From contig NC_134026.1 in NCBI RefSeq assembly GCF_964204645.1, positions 5,541,950 through 5,605,949 on the forward strand: a stretch of 64,000 nt of DNA. Reading direction: 5' to 3'. A program made the translations under genes and the position numbers. Shown here piece after piece: positions 36,401-51,400 of this stretch; position 1 is the first letter of the stretch; every line of letters begins with the position of its first letter. Below the pieces are notes generated by a model that was not told where the DNA came from, did no database searches, and saw nothing but the letters and a program-made list of their open reading frames with translations. The DNA is from Tubulanus polymorphus. Taxonomy: Eukaryota; Animalia; Nemertea.

Positions 36401-39400
36401 TACAAACGCTGCCCCGGGGAAACTGATGTCCGTGTTGACTTTGATTTCGGTCACTGGTAAATCCTCGCATAGGAATAATTCCGGTGCCGTTTGTAGACAC
36501 TGACACATCTGCGTCGTTAACTCAATCAGGTAATCTTCGCCCTGATTCGCTGCTCTGCTTATCGCCGTCCTCAGCTCGCGTTGCAGTATCTTCTTATCGT
36601 TATAGAATAAATTCGACAGGCAACAAGAATTCGTCGCTAAACAACTGTCAATTGAGTGCGACGTAAGCAAAGACGTCGGGCAGATGCAACCGTCTGGCTG
36701 CGGAGGAGATAGCAAGCTGTTCGATAGAAGCTGTAGGTTTTCGATGTCGAGATCCTGCAGAACGGCGGCACTCGCGGCAATCGACGAGTTTACTCCGCAC
36801 GAGAATATGGCCATCTCCGGGCTGTTGCATTGCTGCATCAATTCCAAAAACGCCCCACGGCAAAACATGCGCGCTAGAATCGACTCGTTTCTCAAAAGCT
36901 CTCTGAATATTTAGAAAATACAGTAATATTATTGATATAATGTTTCAGGTGTATAGAAATGACGTGCACGTGTACTCCGATTGTGGTATGTGCCGCCATT
37001 GCTGTACTTTGCACTTTGGTACAGAAAACATTGATAGATCAGTAGATTTTTACCTGTGAAGATGGACGTTAGCGGTGTCGAGGCTATGTTGACCGGGTAT
37101 AGCAGCTTTACGGTAACCTTGCGGAGGTCGTTCGAGACTCTCAAGTGGGTACCAGTATCGTACTAGAATTCCTTCACTGCGTAGGTACGATTCAACTAGA
37201 ACCAACTCATTTTGCTGCAATTACCGTTAAAAGTAGTAAATTCATTCAATTGTATATTCATTCTATCATTGTGACATGAACTTCTCCTTTACAAACAAAT
37301 ATTATATACTTAAACACTTCCGAGCCCTCAAGAGGCTTATAAGTCACCAATTATATTAATTAGATATATTCATGAATGTATGAATATATTCAAGTGGCAC
37401 TGACAGTACATGAACTCTTGTTACTCAAACATTGTTCAGTAAAAGTTGCTAGATTAACTTGACAGTTAGCCATTAATATTTGAAACTGTTGTTGTTTTGT
37501 CAGATCTTCGAAATCATAAGATCTTCGAAATTATGTAATTTTCTAATCATACAGACAAGTGAACTACATGCATTCTAAAGCAGTGAAATTTACATCAAAG
37601 GGAGGACTTGACAGACACTGTGCCAGTAATTTTCAATGCCGTTTCATTGAAGGTAATATAACGAGTTAGAGCACACTTACTTGATCAACGTCGAGCACGT
37701 TGCCACTCAAACCGAACGTCTTCATCATGCTACGCGACGCGAATTTTGGCACCATCATACACGTCGTTCCGACGGAGTCAAGATTTTGTGGCGTTCGTAT
37801 GATAACGGTAGTTCCCTTGCGCACTCGATCGATCGTAAATTTTGCCAGCTCTTCGCGGATATCCTCGATCGTCGGCAGATGCAGATCTCTCGGCATTCCG
37901 CCGTTTTCCTCGTACAGAAATTCGACCGTCTGACGAGCGATATCGGTCATTCCTGGAAAAATGCATACTCTGCAGGTATCGGGTACGTGGGATATACTAA
38001 ATAAATATTCTTCTATGATTGAATTAAAGGGAACTATGACATAGAATTATTCTTTTATTGATAAGACAATGAACATAAACAAGAAATAAGGCAAAACTTT
38101 AACTGAGACTGTTTTTCATAGTTTATTAGCAAAACCCAGAGCTGATGATATAACAGTTTATTCGGAAGTTTTAACTAAATTTCACCATCAGAGAAACGAA
38201 AATGACAAAGTTTAGTCAAAACTTCGAAACTGTCGGAATAAATTGTTGTATCATCGACCGAGGGTTTCGCTCATTTACTCTGAGATTATACTGAGATTGA
38301 TATCAGTCTACCAGTCACTGTTTTTCATACTGGGGTTGAACTCATCATTAACTTCAAGTTCATTATTAAATCATACGAGGGCATCCCCCTGATTAAGTAC
38401 AGCCGTTAGGGCTTGGGAGTGTCCTACTCGAATGTAAATATGCAGTAACCATGTATAACAATTGTTATATCTATGTTACGTGTTAAAGAGAAAATAAATT
38501 CATTTATTTAATCAACTCTAGTGACAGTTCTTCGATGGGCTCTCGATTAGAAAAGAGAACTTATAGACATAAATCGATTTTTCGACTTACCTAACTGAAG
38601 TGCTCCTCTGATCTGTTCCAAGCCATCCTTGCGTTCGGCTTCATTCCTGAATCGACGGCGTATAACCGGAAAAACTTTCTGTTCCCAGGCTTTCACGAGT
38701 AACGCGTAATGATCTTCGCTTTGATCGCTGTCTTCGTCTTCATCGAGATCCGATTCGGAATCCTGATTCGCCTGCTGCGTATGGACGTCGGGCCCGGTCA
38801 TCGTGAAACCGCTAAAACTGGGCAACAGTTTATATCGAGCGGATGCTTCGACTTGATATTCTGTAATATAGAGATTCAAAAGTCTCAATGAGAAAAATCA
38901 TTCATACTTGAATTTCACACGGGCGTTCTGTACAAGAAGTTTATTTTTTCTTTGACAATTTCCAAACATTTTAAAATTTTACATGGAAACCGATACATTC
39001 AGGGCTAAATCTAATGAGAAATATTGGTACAGGGCTCTTTTGGGTTTTCCAAATTTCATTTTCCATACCCAGATTATAAATTTTCCATCCCCTTAGTTCG
39101 ACATCGCTAACCTACAACAGGCAATGTGGTCTTCAAAGTAAATTATTGCCAATTATCAATACAGACATTGACAAAGTTTTTTCACAAAATGTTGAGACAA
39201 TCTTCTGATTTTCCGTACCTTTTCCATAGCCATAGAGAAAAAACAAAATTCTCATAGCTTTTCCGGGGCCTGGAAAAAACATTCCCATCTTCCGAAACGT
39301 TTCATAACCCGTAAGAACCCTCTTGGTAGATACCTACCTTTATTTGGCTTAGGCATGACCGGAACTCTGCAGGGTGGTTTAGTCGGTCCACGCATGTAAT

Positions 39401-42400
39401 CAGATGAAATCGAACTTGTAGAAGATGATGACCCGTCACTTTCGCTGTCCGACGCGAAATTAAACGGTAACTCATGAAGTGCTTCGCGTAAATCTAAAGT
39501 ACGATCATGACATTCGTCTGCCGCGTTTCGATGACGTTGACCTTCAGCATAGGCAAAGGGACGAGCGCCGAAATTAGCCCGGATTCTCGTGTTCTAGAAA
39601 AAGTACAAATCATCAGTAAATGTGCCATTCCTTTTTCCAGAGCCCAAATAGTGAATAAGAAGGATCAGCTACGAGATAACTCATAGTGGCAATGGTGGCA
39701 TAACCAAAAGATATCTTGAATTTGTCTGCGAAAATTCCTGATGACCTTTAAACTATTTATCTACCTTTTTTTGCACGTGCACAATAGGCCACATTCCACC
39801 TGCTACCTCGTCCAGACTGGCGCCGAGTCGCCTTCCATTATGAGTAAAGTACACATGCCCCTTTACGTGCTGTCCCGGTAGAGCTGGGGTACCTCCATCT
39901 CTCTCCCAACCGATGCCAGCAATATCTCCAGCGTGCAACGTAACCTCGAGACGAGCGCTTTTCCATTGTAACAAACTAGAGCCGTTGTAGTGTACAGCAC
40001 GGCCATTACTAGCAAAATGAATTTATTATAGTTAACTCTAATGAAGATCTCTTCTGAGATACATAATAATGCTTAGTAGATACAATGAGGCATATAATCA
40101 AAGCACTGTATAACTAGTGTGCTATAACTATTTTTGATTCAAGGTGAAGAGATTGAATTCAAAACGTACTTGTGGAATAGACAAGTTCCTACAGGATTTG
40201 TCCATGCACCATCTCGCCTTTCAGTGGATGGCGCAAAACCAAATGATATTATCGGTCCGCTTTCTTCTTGTGAGTCGCCAAATGAACAGATTTCAATTTC
40301 CCAATAAAATGACGGCGCCTGCATTTTGTAAACAATAGTTAATCAGCTTAAGCTTATATGAAATCGACTTGAACGTAATTTCCGAACAAAAGTTTAACAT
40401 ACCTGTTGTGGTATTGACTGAGATGCGTAGACTAGCGTACCGCGTGGGAGACCACTACCGGCACTAGGATCACCGAGAAATGTTATACCAGTGACACCTT
40501 GTGAAAACAGACACGATCTCACAGGAGGAAATGTACGACATGGGTCCCAGGTTATCTCTTTAGCCTGAAATATACATGTACGCAACATCTTAGTGAAACA
40601 TTACAGTCATCTTTGATAGACAAATATGAAATTGAAGATATTTTTGAAAATATGTTAATGGCCTCATGCACAGTGAAGAATCATCTTAACCCTTTCATGG
40701 CGGTGTATAAATCAGTGATACTATCTTCAGCACTTTAGGCCATTTACTAGTCAGTACTGCAAGGGTTATTATCATGCTAAATGTTCTGCTAGATCGCGGA
40801 AGTTCGCACAGTTATCTATTTCTATCAGTTACTTATGAATTCATGAATTTCTAACACTGTTCAATGAAGCTCAGTCATGTGAAAGACAATATAGTATCAG
40901 TTATATTGCTGTTGTAATCAACTTACATGTGAGACAGGTTGTCTGGCTGGTGGAGGTGGAGGTTTAGCACAATCTCTGTACAACATACGTAACTGATCAC
41001 AATGCGATTCAACTACTGGCACTCGATCTCCTAAATTTAGAATTTACCATTAATTCTACATTTACATCAAATCAGTCTTAGGTACAATTATGAAAAGCGT
41101 CTCATTGTTGTTACCTGGGCCGCATTCCTTTGCCAGCGATTTCAGAGTTTCAATTGCGGCACTAGAATGTTGTATGAAAATGCTGGAAAACGTGACATCT
41201 TTGAGATGATGAGCCAACACCATACACGCCCTAAACAAATAGATAGAGGTTTCGTTCGTTGAGTGAAAGTCATTTGAAAATGATTCATAGTAGTAAAATC
41301 CACCAGAAACCTGGATCATTTGCAACTAGGCAATCTGGTCACAGAATTTGCCTGCTTTTGAATCTCATTTCCTTATATACAGTTCACAGACAAATTCTAC
41401 GGTGACAGATTAAAATTGAATTCCAGGAACCCAGTTATAAATTCACTTGGAAATTGGAAATGAACTGACTTAAACTCTATTCAGAGTTAACTCACAACTG
41501 TGGAACTGGCTTCTGAGCTCTAGTGGTCAAATTAAAATCTACGGTAACTGGACTTCAAGTGAATTCAAGAAGAAAATTTTACCTGGTACGTATTTCAGCG
41601 ATGACGCGGCACATTTGATTATTTGAACTGTTGCCATCGCCGTGAATCAACAGCGGATACTGCAACGGCGATCCGGAACTATCCGGCGATAAAAGTAACG
41701 ACTGTATCGTCGTGACAATCATTTCCATCATCGATTGTTGCTGAAATAGCAGCGGTTGATTGCGCAACGGTTGTAAGCGAGACAGCGGAACTTGAACGGT
41801 GTCGTTGTACTCGGCGGATGACATATTGGCTGGAGGTTTATTCAGTTTCACGGTCGCTAATCCGGTCTGCTCGGACAAACTGACGATAACACCATTAGAA
41901 CCGCGTATACCCGTACCATTGATCTGTGGATACAATTTGAAAATGAAAACAAGCCACAGGAGACAACGGTTTAAGGGCTCAGGCTTGAATCTTCCCATTG
42001 CATTTTAGATATAATGTATCTAGCTAGGCCAATAGCTAAATTTTGTTAAGACAAATTTTTGAATTTTGACCCCATTCCTCAGTTATGAGGTCATCTTCAA
42101 GGTTATGTAGCTGAAAAACATTTTTATTGCCTAGTTCTGCCACTAGGAGGTGTACTGGGCCCATTCTTTGCACTGCAGAACTGGACCCCCATACTAATAT
42201 TGTACTCAAGTTTCATCAAGATCATCCAACTATTAATAGCTAAGTAGCTGCAAGACAGACACACAGACAGACAGGACGAAAATAAGGGTCTAACAGAAGC
42301 CCGAGAACCAACAACCAACTGACCAATGGAGAAAGAGACTGATAACAAGAGAACTACTGAATTGAGAAGGATTACTTGCCTTGACTTCACAGCCCGGTTT

Positions 42401-45400
42401 GATTGTTTCTTTAAAGCCACCGAGAGCACACAGAGCAGCGTTCACTTGTTTAGACATGCTCATCATTTGATCAGGCAGGAATCGCGGAGATGCCATGTTT
42501 TCCACTTGTCTCATCAGTGTTGGCAGACAACCCAATGCCACGGATATCACCTACAAACAAATTATAATTAAAAATTTGCTTAGCTTAATTCCAATTTCTC
42601 CAAAACTTGAACAACTACTACTGTTTGATTACTCAGTGGCAGAATTAATTACCTTCTGAACTGCTCTGGCCCAAATTTGGGCTGTACTTGTTTCTGGGGC
42701 CGTCAATAAACTGCGCAACAAGGCTATTACCTCAGATGCCATATTATTAGCGACGTGTCCACTTATAAATGGCCGAATTGGATCGGTCCTGTAAATATCC
42801 CATTAAGAAATGTAAACAGATCAGGAAGAGTTAAATATCTATACTGTTTTTTTTCAATACCGGTACCTTGAGAGTTCTAGGTTCTTATCTTTGCAGATGA
42901 CATCTGAAGCAGTTTTCTTTCTATCGAGAACAACCCCTTCGGTTGGATTTAGGTCGACTGGTGGTCCAGTGCTGACAACTAATCCTAACTGGGCCCATTT
43001 AGCAGCTTTTCTTAAAGCTGAAACTGCATCTTCAGTGGTCACTTCAGCTTTATTATTCTACAAATAATGAAGTTAATTCGTGAAAAGTCAAAGCCTAAGA
43101 TATTACTGCTCATTAGGATAACATCTTTTCAGTGAAAATTGGTCCTACCTTAGTCATCTCTCGGTCCATGCGTACAATACGTTCGATATTAGCAGCACTG
43201 CTGATTCGGAATGACCGACTGTCAGAACTGAAATTTGACACCAAATTATTAAGTTATATTCTCTTCATACCACATGGTGTCTTAGAACTTGTGTTACCCA
43301 AGCTTTAAGATTACTAATTCCTTAACTGTAATTCTAATTATTTTTTGGGGGGTAAGGTTGATTCAGTCATTTAACAATAAACATACCGGTGTACGCAATG
43401 AAACAATTCGTAGTTTTTGGTTCGACCCCAAAAACATGGTAATGCTCCAGCCATGTACGACTCATTATTGCATTTCAATCAAGGAAATTGCGCTGACCAG
43501 CCTTACCTGATCAATGGTTGAATGACCTGATGCGACGATTGATCATCGCGTTTATGTAGAAACACTGACAGACGACCTTCTTGCACATCGCAATCTTCAC
43601 CTTTCTCCTTATCTGATCCACTATCACAACCGTGGGACGCTCCGCTCACATCAGCCGCCGGATCCTGACTCGATAACGTGACATTACCAACTATAAAATT
43701 AGCAAATTAAGATATTCACATAATACGTAATCAAAGATGTTCATTCCTCAAAAATAGACCTAAACTATTTCTTACCTGGAACAGCGAAATCGCCAAGTTT
43801 AGCCAGTAAAAGACAAGCAATTCTGACCATCGGCTCGTAGAAGTCCGAACCAGGTCCCCAAGCGGCTTGTAAATCTTGTCCCCACGATGGTAAACTGACT
43901 TTCTCACAATCAGCAGCTGTCATCAGAGGTAAAGCCACCCGACATAAACGTAATATAATCAACACCAAATTTGGCGACGGTCTGCAAAAGAATTCATATA
44001 GATATGCATGCAACTGATTTCAAATATGGCAATTTTGAAAAATACCTAATACTGAAAGGACATTTCTAAAAGGAGGAACGATAAACATTATAGAAATATG
44101 TCATTGTCTATGAGCCTGGAACACAAATGTCAACTCTACAACCTGACATGGTTGTCCACAAGTTTCTCCCTGGATCAAATCATGGTTGATTCTTACCTTT
44201 GATCCAACAGCAATGATAACAGTTTGGAAACGCAAGCTGGTTGACTGAGTATCGCTTTACCCATTTTGCTCCTAAAAATGAAATATGATCATTCAATTCA
44301 ACTCCTATTTCAATAATCAAATGAGTTTAAGACATTCGATTCAAGAAACAACCATACATACCTAGATAGGTTATTGAGTAGGTTGAGTATTTCGTGTAAT
44401 GCCTCGCTGCCGGCTGCTTCGTTTCCACTGCATTCAGTAGCACAAGTAAGATGATTGGTCAAAAGTATAGATACTTGTCTAGCCAATCCGGAATGTTCTA
44501 ATTCATGTATCGAAAGAGCTAAGATTTGGAAAAAAAAATAGATTCTTAAAAGCTATTGCTGCTAGGCATGAGATAGTAGTGATTATGCCATTGAATGATA
44601 AGCGGAAAGCCTTTTCAGTAACTGTTAGGGAAGGCTCGGTTTAATTATTCAGGCTTTATGCGTCTTTCTTGTTTAATGCTTTATGAAATTATGAAACGAT
44701 TCAAACAACTTTTGCATTTCGACATACTTTCATCTTGTTCCCATTGAACATATCTGCTCGCTAACACCTGGAATCCAGCCCAGGCTATTGAGGCAACGCG
44801 TTGCTTCGTCGACTGAATGTCCGTGTTCGTAGCATCAACTCGATAGTTACTCAAACTGCACAGTCTATCGAGTAAATGAACCAATCCTGATCTCATCAGA
44901 CATTTCTCTTCAGCTCTATCAAATAACAATAACGATAATATTCATACGCCATATATCCAATATAAATAATATGTAATTACGTACAAAAAGGCAAAACATA
45001 CATATAGTTATCTAACACTGTTTAGAGTTACAGCTTGGAAATGAAAAATACAAAATGCCTTGCGGCGACCAAAAACTCGCTGTAGGGACATAGATGACTC
45101 TCTTTATTATTTTACCTGGTGTATGGTATGACGCACAGAAGACCGATGCTATTACAGCTTGCAATCGGATACCGTGCGGCGAGCTGGACAACGGACATCA
45201 TCGTCTCGGAAAACGCCTCCCTCACTTCAGTAACCATTCCGCCACACATCAGTTCTTCGACTCTGTACCGAAATAAAACGAGAATTAACTAGATATTTGA
45301 CTTGACTTGATGTACGCAGAATCGGTGTAAAAATTCGAAGCTACGAATTATGAACCTTGGTCCAATTTGTAGTACGGAAGTGACCGCGGCGATGAGGTGC

Positions 45401-48400
45401 GTAGCTCCGCCCACTCGTGATGCAGCTGTCAATAACTCTTTCATGTGTATGAGAGCTTGCTTGCGACTTCTGCCACGTTTCCAGCGGATTTTAGCGGCCG
45501 ACAGGAAACTATCGCACGAGACCTGAAATCGGGGTGATCATTCATTTAGTTGAGATTTAAGGACAAAAGTAAAACGTATGAATAGCAGTCGAAATGACGA
45601 ATTACTGCTTACAGCTTGGTCTGGGTGACTTCCTATGAATGAAAACAGTTGATCCAGTAATGTAACATGAGGCGGGGCATCTTTTGTTTCTTCCTCTACA
45701 AGATCTTGTAAGATTGAAGCCGCTCCTTTTAAATTCACTTGACGCCTTCTGTATAGAATACATTAATGAAAACATTTCATAGTTCTTGATCCAAAATATT
45801 CTTTCAGGAAACAAAGCTATCTCAATACAATTGGCTTTAGTTTTCGGATTCTTTCAAATAATCATTGGAATACGTAAATGGTCCGTTGATATCTCTACCT
45901 ACCTTTGCATTCTCATGATATCTAGAATACTATCGTCTTGCACCGTATGTCTGTGAGAAGGGGCCGATAAACTGCGATTGTAAATACTGTCCGACTGAAG
46001 CACGTCTGTGTCCGACCTCACCATTACATTCACTTATACGAAAAGAATCATGGTAATATAACAAATATTAAATCGTAAATCGTCTTCGACCGAGCGAACT
46101 AATCTTACCGGCTTTGAAAAATCCGGGCTGATGAGAGGCGCTTCGCAGCATACCGCTGGTGCCGGTGGTGCTGCTGATGTTCACTTGCAGCAGAAGGTTC
46201 AATCGCTCTTTCAAACCTGAAACCAATATTCGCGTCTTCGCCATCCGATTTTCGCGGTCCGCCTTATCTTTGCCAGCCGCAGCCTCAATCTCTAACTTCT
46301 CTCTGTAGAAGATGGATGAATACGGATAGAAATATTTGAATACGAGCTTAATCACATGGATTACTTGTTATTAAAAATTCATAAAGTGCTGCACTCTGTG
46401 TTTCACATTAGGAACTGAGTGCTAGGGAAACTGCCTGTGAATGAAGGCCTAAATGAAGTCATTCATAGGAGTTTATAAATGCTAATTACACGGTTCTGGC
46501 TATTACATTTAACGCCCCTTAGAAAAAGCACGTTCTTCTGTTTCATGCGGTACATTCATGATGAATATAACCCAAACACTTATTGAGTTACAGGCTCTCA
46601 AAGTTACCTCAAAAGTCAGCAAAAAAGTTGTACACTTTTAGTCTTTATGAATTTTTGTTGTTATTCATATCAATGCTTAATACTTACTTCAGAGTAATCA
46701 CGGAAGATTCCGGATTACTAGGTTCCAATTCGACATCTTTCAAAAAACAAAGCATAGCCAGCTCTATACCTTTGCTCTGGAACAAAAGGAATATGATTTT
46801 ACATGAACAAGTAAACAGCACTGCTGCGCAAATGAATGAATGTGTAAGTTAGTTACCTCGCTCAGATGAAAATCGATGAAAAATGGACCTTCGGGGTCTG
46901 AATTACCGAGGAGCAAATCATCAACTTCCATTTGCCATCTTTGTTCAAGGGCAGCGATAACCTAATAAATCAATGATGATGATGATTTCAATGAAGTAAA
47001 CGTCAAGATGAAATTGCTCAAGTTTTTTTTTTAAATAACCGAATAATGTCGCTAAAATTCTGTCTAACCTGTAATTGTCTGAGAAGAGCATCGACTCTCT
47101 TGTAGGCGTCGCCCAGTATACCGCAGAGTAGCCAATACTCATCACTTCCTTGTTCTTCGATTGATGAAAGATGATTGACGCTGTCCGTCAAATGTAAATG
47201 TTTTATGACAGCCGATATGATAGTTTCTTCTAACAATTCAGGTTCTATTACCTCCCTGTATGAGAAGATTACGAAATGAGCGATCGACATCAAGGCCCAT
47301 AGTAATAATTAGGCGGTTTCGGCTTCAGTGGTTGTAGAGAGTCATCTCCCCCGAATCAGACATTGACAGAAATTAGCCCGTTTCCTAAATAGATCAAGTC
47401 TTTTCTTAAAAGAGAACCAAACTTACTTGATACTTGGTCTTATTTGAGGAGTAATACGACCGGACCATTCTCTGAGCTTCTGTAATATTTCGTTGGGTAG
47501 TTTGATTCGAGGTAGTTTCGATGGACTAGCGGGACATTTCAGTTCCGTGTCCTCTTGTATTGTCATGGTTATGCGATTCGATGAATCTTGCCAAATGCAT
47601 CTAGATGATAAAAGAGATTACAATACTAGACACGCTCAAGAAGCCTGCATTAATCTGTCTTTCGATCCCTTTTGACAGAGTTAGAATCACTTGGCCGGAT
47701 TATGCAAGTTGTTTTCTCTGACTTGATCTCCTAAGAATCCAATCAATTAACACAGTAAAATACGTAAGACATAGGCAGAAACTGTTCGATTATACTCGCG
47801 ATCTAGCAATCTCAACAAACTTCCCTGAATTTTCCCTGATTTTTAGCATTTCACTGAAATTCCCTGACTATTCCCTGACTTGCAGGTAAGTGGCCACCAT
47901 GCATATTCATTCATTTGTCAAATGATGCAATGATATTAATTTTTATTCTTTTGATTTTACCTCTGGAGTAGTTTAGATTTGAGTAAGTGTTCGCACAGAG
48001 TTTCGTCTTTCGTTTTGTCAGGTCCTTGATACAGCAGATGTAACATAGTACAAGCTAGTACACTGAGACCTAACGCCAGATCGGCCAGGAATGGTAAGCC
48101 TTGCGAAACCTCTTCAACCGATTCCTACAATTGAATGTTTAAGATTTAAGATATTACGTATATATGACGATCAAGTTGATTAAAATGCTTCCAATGATCT
48201 AACCTGCGCTCTCACTGTAACCAGAAAACCCCACATTGCTTTATCCGGTGTATTGTGCTCGCGGCCACTTCTCATTTCGAATGAAAACGTGACTGTATCG
48301 CCGTCAACTTTCACTAGATCTTTCGGCCAGCCCGAGCCGAGTACACTACGACTTCCATAGCCGAATGTGTTACCGCCATATTCCGCGACCTTCTTCGAAC

Positions 48401-51400
48401 TAGTGGTTGGTCCAGCATATATGACCACCTTGAAACCAAATGTAAAATGCTGGGGCATTATTGGATGTAGATATCCAGTATATTCCGTTATTTTTTGGTC
48501 AGTAGAATTGGTCTGATATGTTTTGTTTTGGTGTCCCTTACAAACCCACCACATCTGCTGGTACAAAACAGGGGGTTTGATTTTTAAATCAGAAATCGAA
48601 GTACAGATATAGTTGTGTGATCGGCGGTTGAATATACTGAATTTTTTGTAAGTACATAATTGGGAAATTTGGTTCTGGTTCATTCAAAGATATTCAGTAT
48701 TAGCAGTGACAAATATAAATCAGCTAATGCAGCATTCTTATACCCTAGGTTTTCATTCTAATTTTTCAAAATCGATTAGTCATTTAGAACATTTTCTTAT
48801 GAAGGCTTCCAGTGATTTCTTCGCCGAAATATTCACTTTTTTCATACCTTATCATAGTCATACTGGGTGGCGCATCGACCGTCAAATCTCAGATACAAAC
48901 ATCGCGCGCCGGGAATGTGAACTGTTTCTTTGAATTTGTAATTGTCGCGCACAGGATGAATTGTTTCAATCGTTTTGCCAGTCGCCCACGGAGCCGGAAT
49001 CTTTAAGCCAGTCAAGAATCCTTCATCTCCGCCATCGCTGCAACGAAACAACAATGGACACCAATGCAGAACTTCCATCATTTTTTAAATTTTTTCAATA
49101 AAATTTGTTATCAAATGTCTGGGCTATGAACAATGTCTTATCTGGAAAGTGGCAACTGCTTGTTGTCATCAGAATTGTTAATAATACAATTAGGCATACA
49201 GCCTCAAATTTAAAATAGAAGGAAATTATATTTTGGGAGCATTTTCATAGATCTTTACATGGCTATAGAGGAAAAAGACAAAATTTCCACAGCTTTTCAG
49301 GGGCCCATTCCCATTTTCAAAAACTTTCCAAGACTTTTCAGAACCCGGTTTCAATATAGGTTGTGAAAATACAGTTTATAACTGATGTAAAATGCTGTAA
49401 ATTGCCTGAGACCGAAATACTGATGCCTTTGTCTTGTTATACATGTTAATATAGGTTGTAAACATTGAAAAAGTCAGGTTGCAATACAGCCATTAAACTT
49501 ACCTTTCCTGGCTTAGAGTATCACCGATAAGCTCGGATATATCGACATCATCAGTGAATCGAATCAGATCATCCTGTTGAACATTTTGAGCTTGTGTTTT
49601 CAGGAGCAATGCGGCCTATAAAAACGGAATTGAAAAGATTCTAGGGTAATGAAACTTCAGCAACATTCAAGCGGAATTGGGAATGGTATATACTAGGATT
49701 GTACTTCTAATTTATCAACCTTATGATAAGTGAACTCATTCACAGTTTTCTCAATTTTTTCAGCTCACATCCAGTGATTTTCTGTTTATTGCTCTAATCT
49801 GCCAGGGCATTAGGCTTTTTTGTTAAAAGTACACGCACTATGGCGTCCCATTTTATCCTTTTGACTATATTTGACTATATTTGACACATTCATGTAACTT
49901 TTTTCATGTTTGTAATTGTGAAGTTACTGGTTTTTTTAATAGTATTTTTCAGCAAAAAATAAACTAATACAGTTTGTATCATTATTACATTCCTTTGTTA
50001 TGGAATACTTTAGTGGGCAAGCTCGTCAATTTGCTTCAATTTCGAGGGATTTCCTGTACCTGACTCGTCAGTAACACTAGTTGTACAAGTTGAGGCATCA
50101 AACAATCGGCCATACTCAAGCAGTGTAAGTTAGGATGAGTAAGAGCGGTCAGCAGAGAAGGTAACATATGTCCCAATATCGTAGCTTTAGCAACGCGTTC
50201 AAGTCCTTGCAATCTGAACTCAACGTCTTCCGAATTGCAGTTTATTATTACATTGCACATCTCGAGAAAAACTTCAGCCACCTGAAAGAAACAACTGACT
50301 CAATAACCTACGTTTCATGTAAATTGACAACGTGCTCGTAAAACTAGCCCAAAAGATTTTGAAGCTTGCGCTAAATGATACTGACCTCAAGAGCTCCAGT
50401 GAATAACATGGATGCGAATCCTAATACAGATGTCTGTATAGTCTGAAAGACAAGATGTATAATGCTGATGAGCAATTTGCCCAAAGCAGTATTTCCATAT
50501 ATACAAAGGAGTATCGCTATTATAAGAATTATATTCTACATAATTTCAACCTACCTGTAAAGAGTATGTAAGATTTTTGTCGTCGGTTTTATAGAGAACA
50601 GCTTCTTGGAGTAAATGTGATTGCAGGGCCATCAGATATTGCAAGCAAGGTGAAGTTTTCTGAAAATAACGAAGGAAATTGCATCAACATCGTGTATACC
50701 TTTATATAGCACATATGCATTTAAATCTCATGACATACCGGAACCTGTGATAGAATAGTTTCAAGCTTTGGTTTGTCAGCAACCTGACAATCCTTCAGCA
50801 GCATACAAGATTCTTTTACAGCTATCTTCAGTATATAATTCACCAATCTCTCCCCTAACCTTTAACACAATAAGATATTACACGTTAAATTTCAATCTTC
50901 AATTGAGGAGGAATAACGAAATTATTGAGGAGGACCTAACATACTTCACTGATTCTCTTTTCTGCCTGTTGATGTTATGTCCTCGTAGATCGGATGCAAG
51001 ATTGACAAATATCAAATCGCGTAGAAACATCAATCCAGGATTCTTATCACCTAGAAAAATGTCATCACAACATGGAAAGAATGGTTTTGGAAGTAACACA
51101 AAGCTTAGAAAATCTTTTAGTAGCTCCCGTAAATATTATGGTTAAACAAAACAAGAAACTATGGAAATAATATGAATAATGGAAAAATCATGCTTCTAAT
51201 GGTAGATTTGCACTTTTTTTTGCACGAGTTTTATGATACAACGCGTTAAATAGTAATGAAACACTGAAATTTAAATATTGTTCTGTGATTCAGAAACGGA
51301 CCTTCAGTGAGTAATTTGTGTAGTAGATTATTCTGTTCCTCGTTAGTTGGGTAAAGAACGTGTAGACCGGCGCTCATTACGTGACAGGCTTCTTTAACTA

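Noticed and set aside
51120-51150. Possible U12 AT-AC intron end in HECTD4 (TTTAAC...TTTAC on the minus strand)
   Set aside because: There is no ATATCCTT/GTATCCTT donor upstream. A normal TTTTTCTAG acceptor at ~51051 gives the in-frame TEG|DKNPGLMFLRDL.
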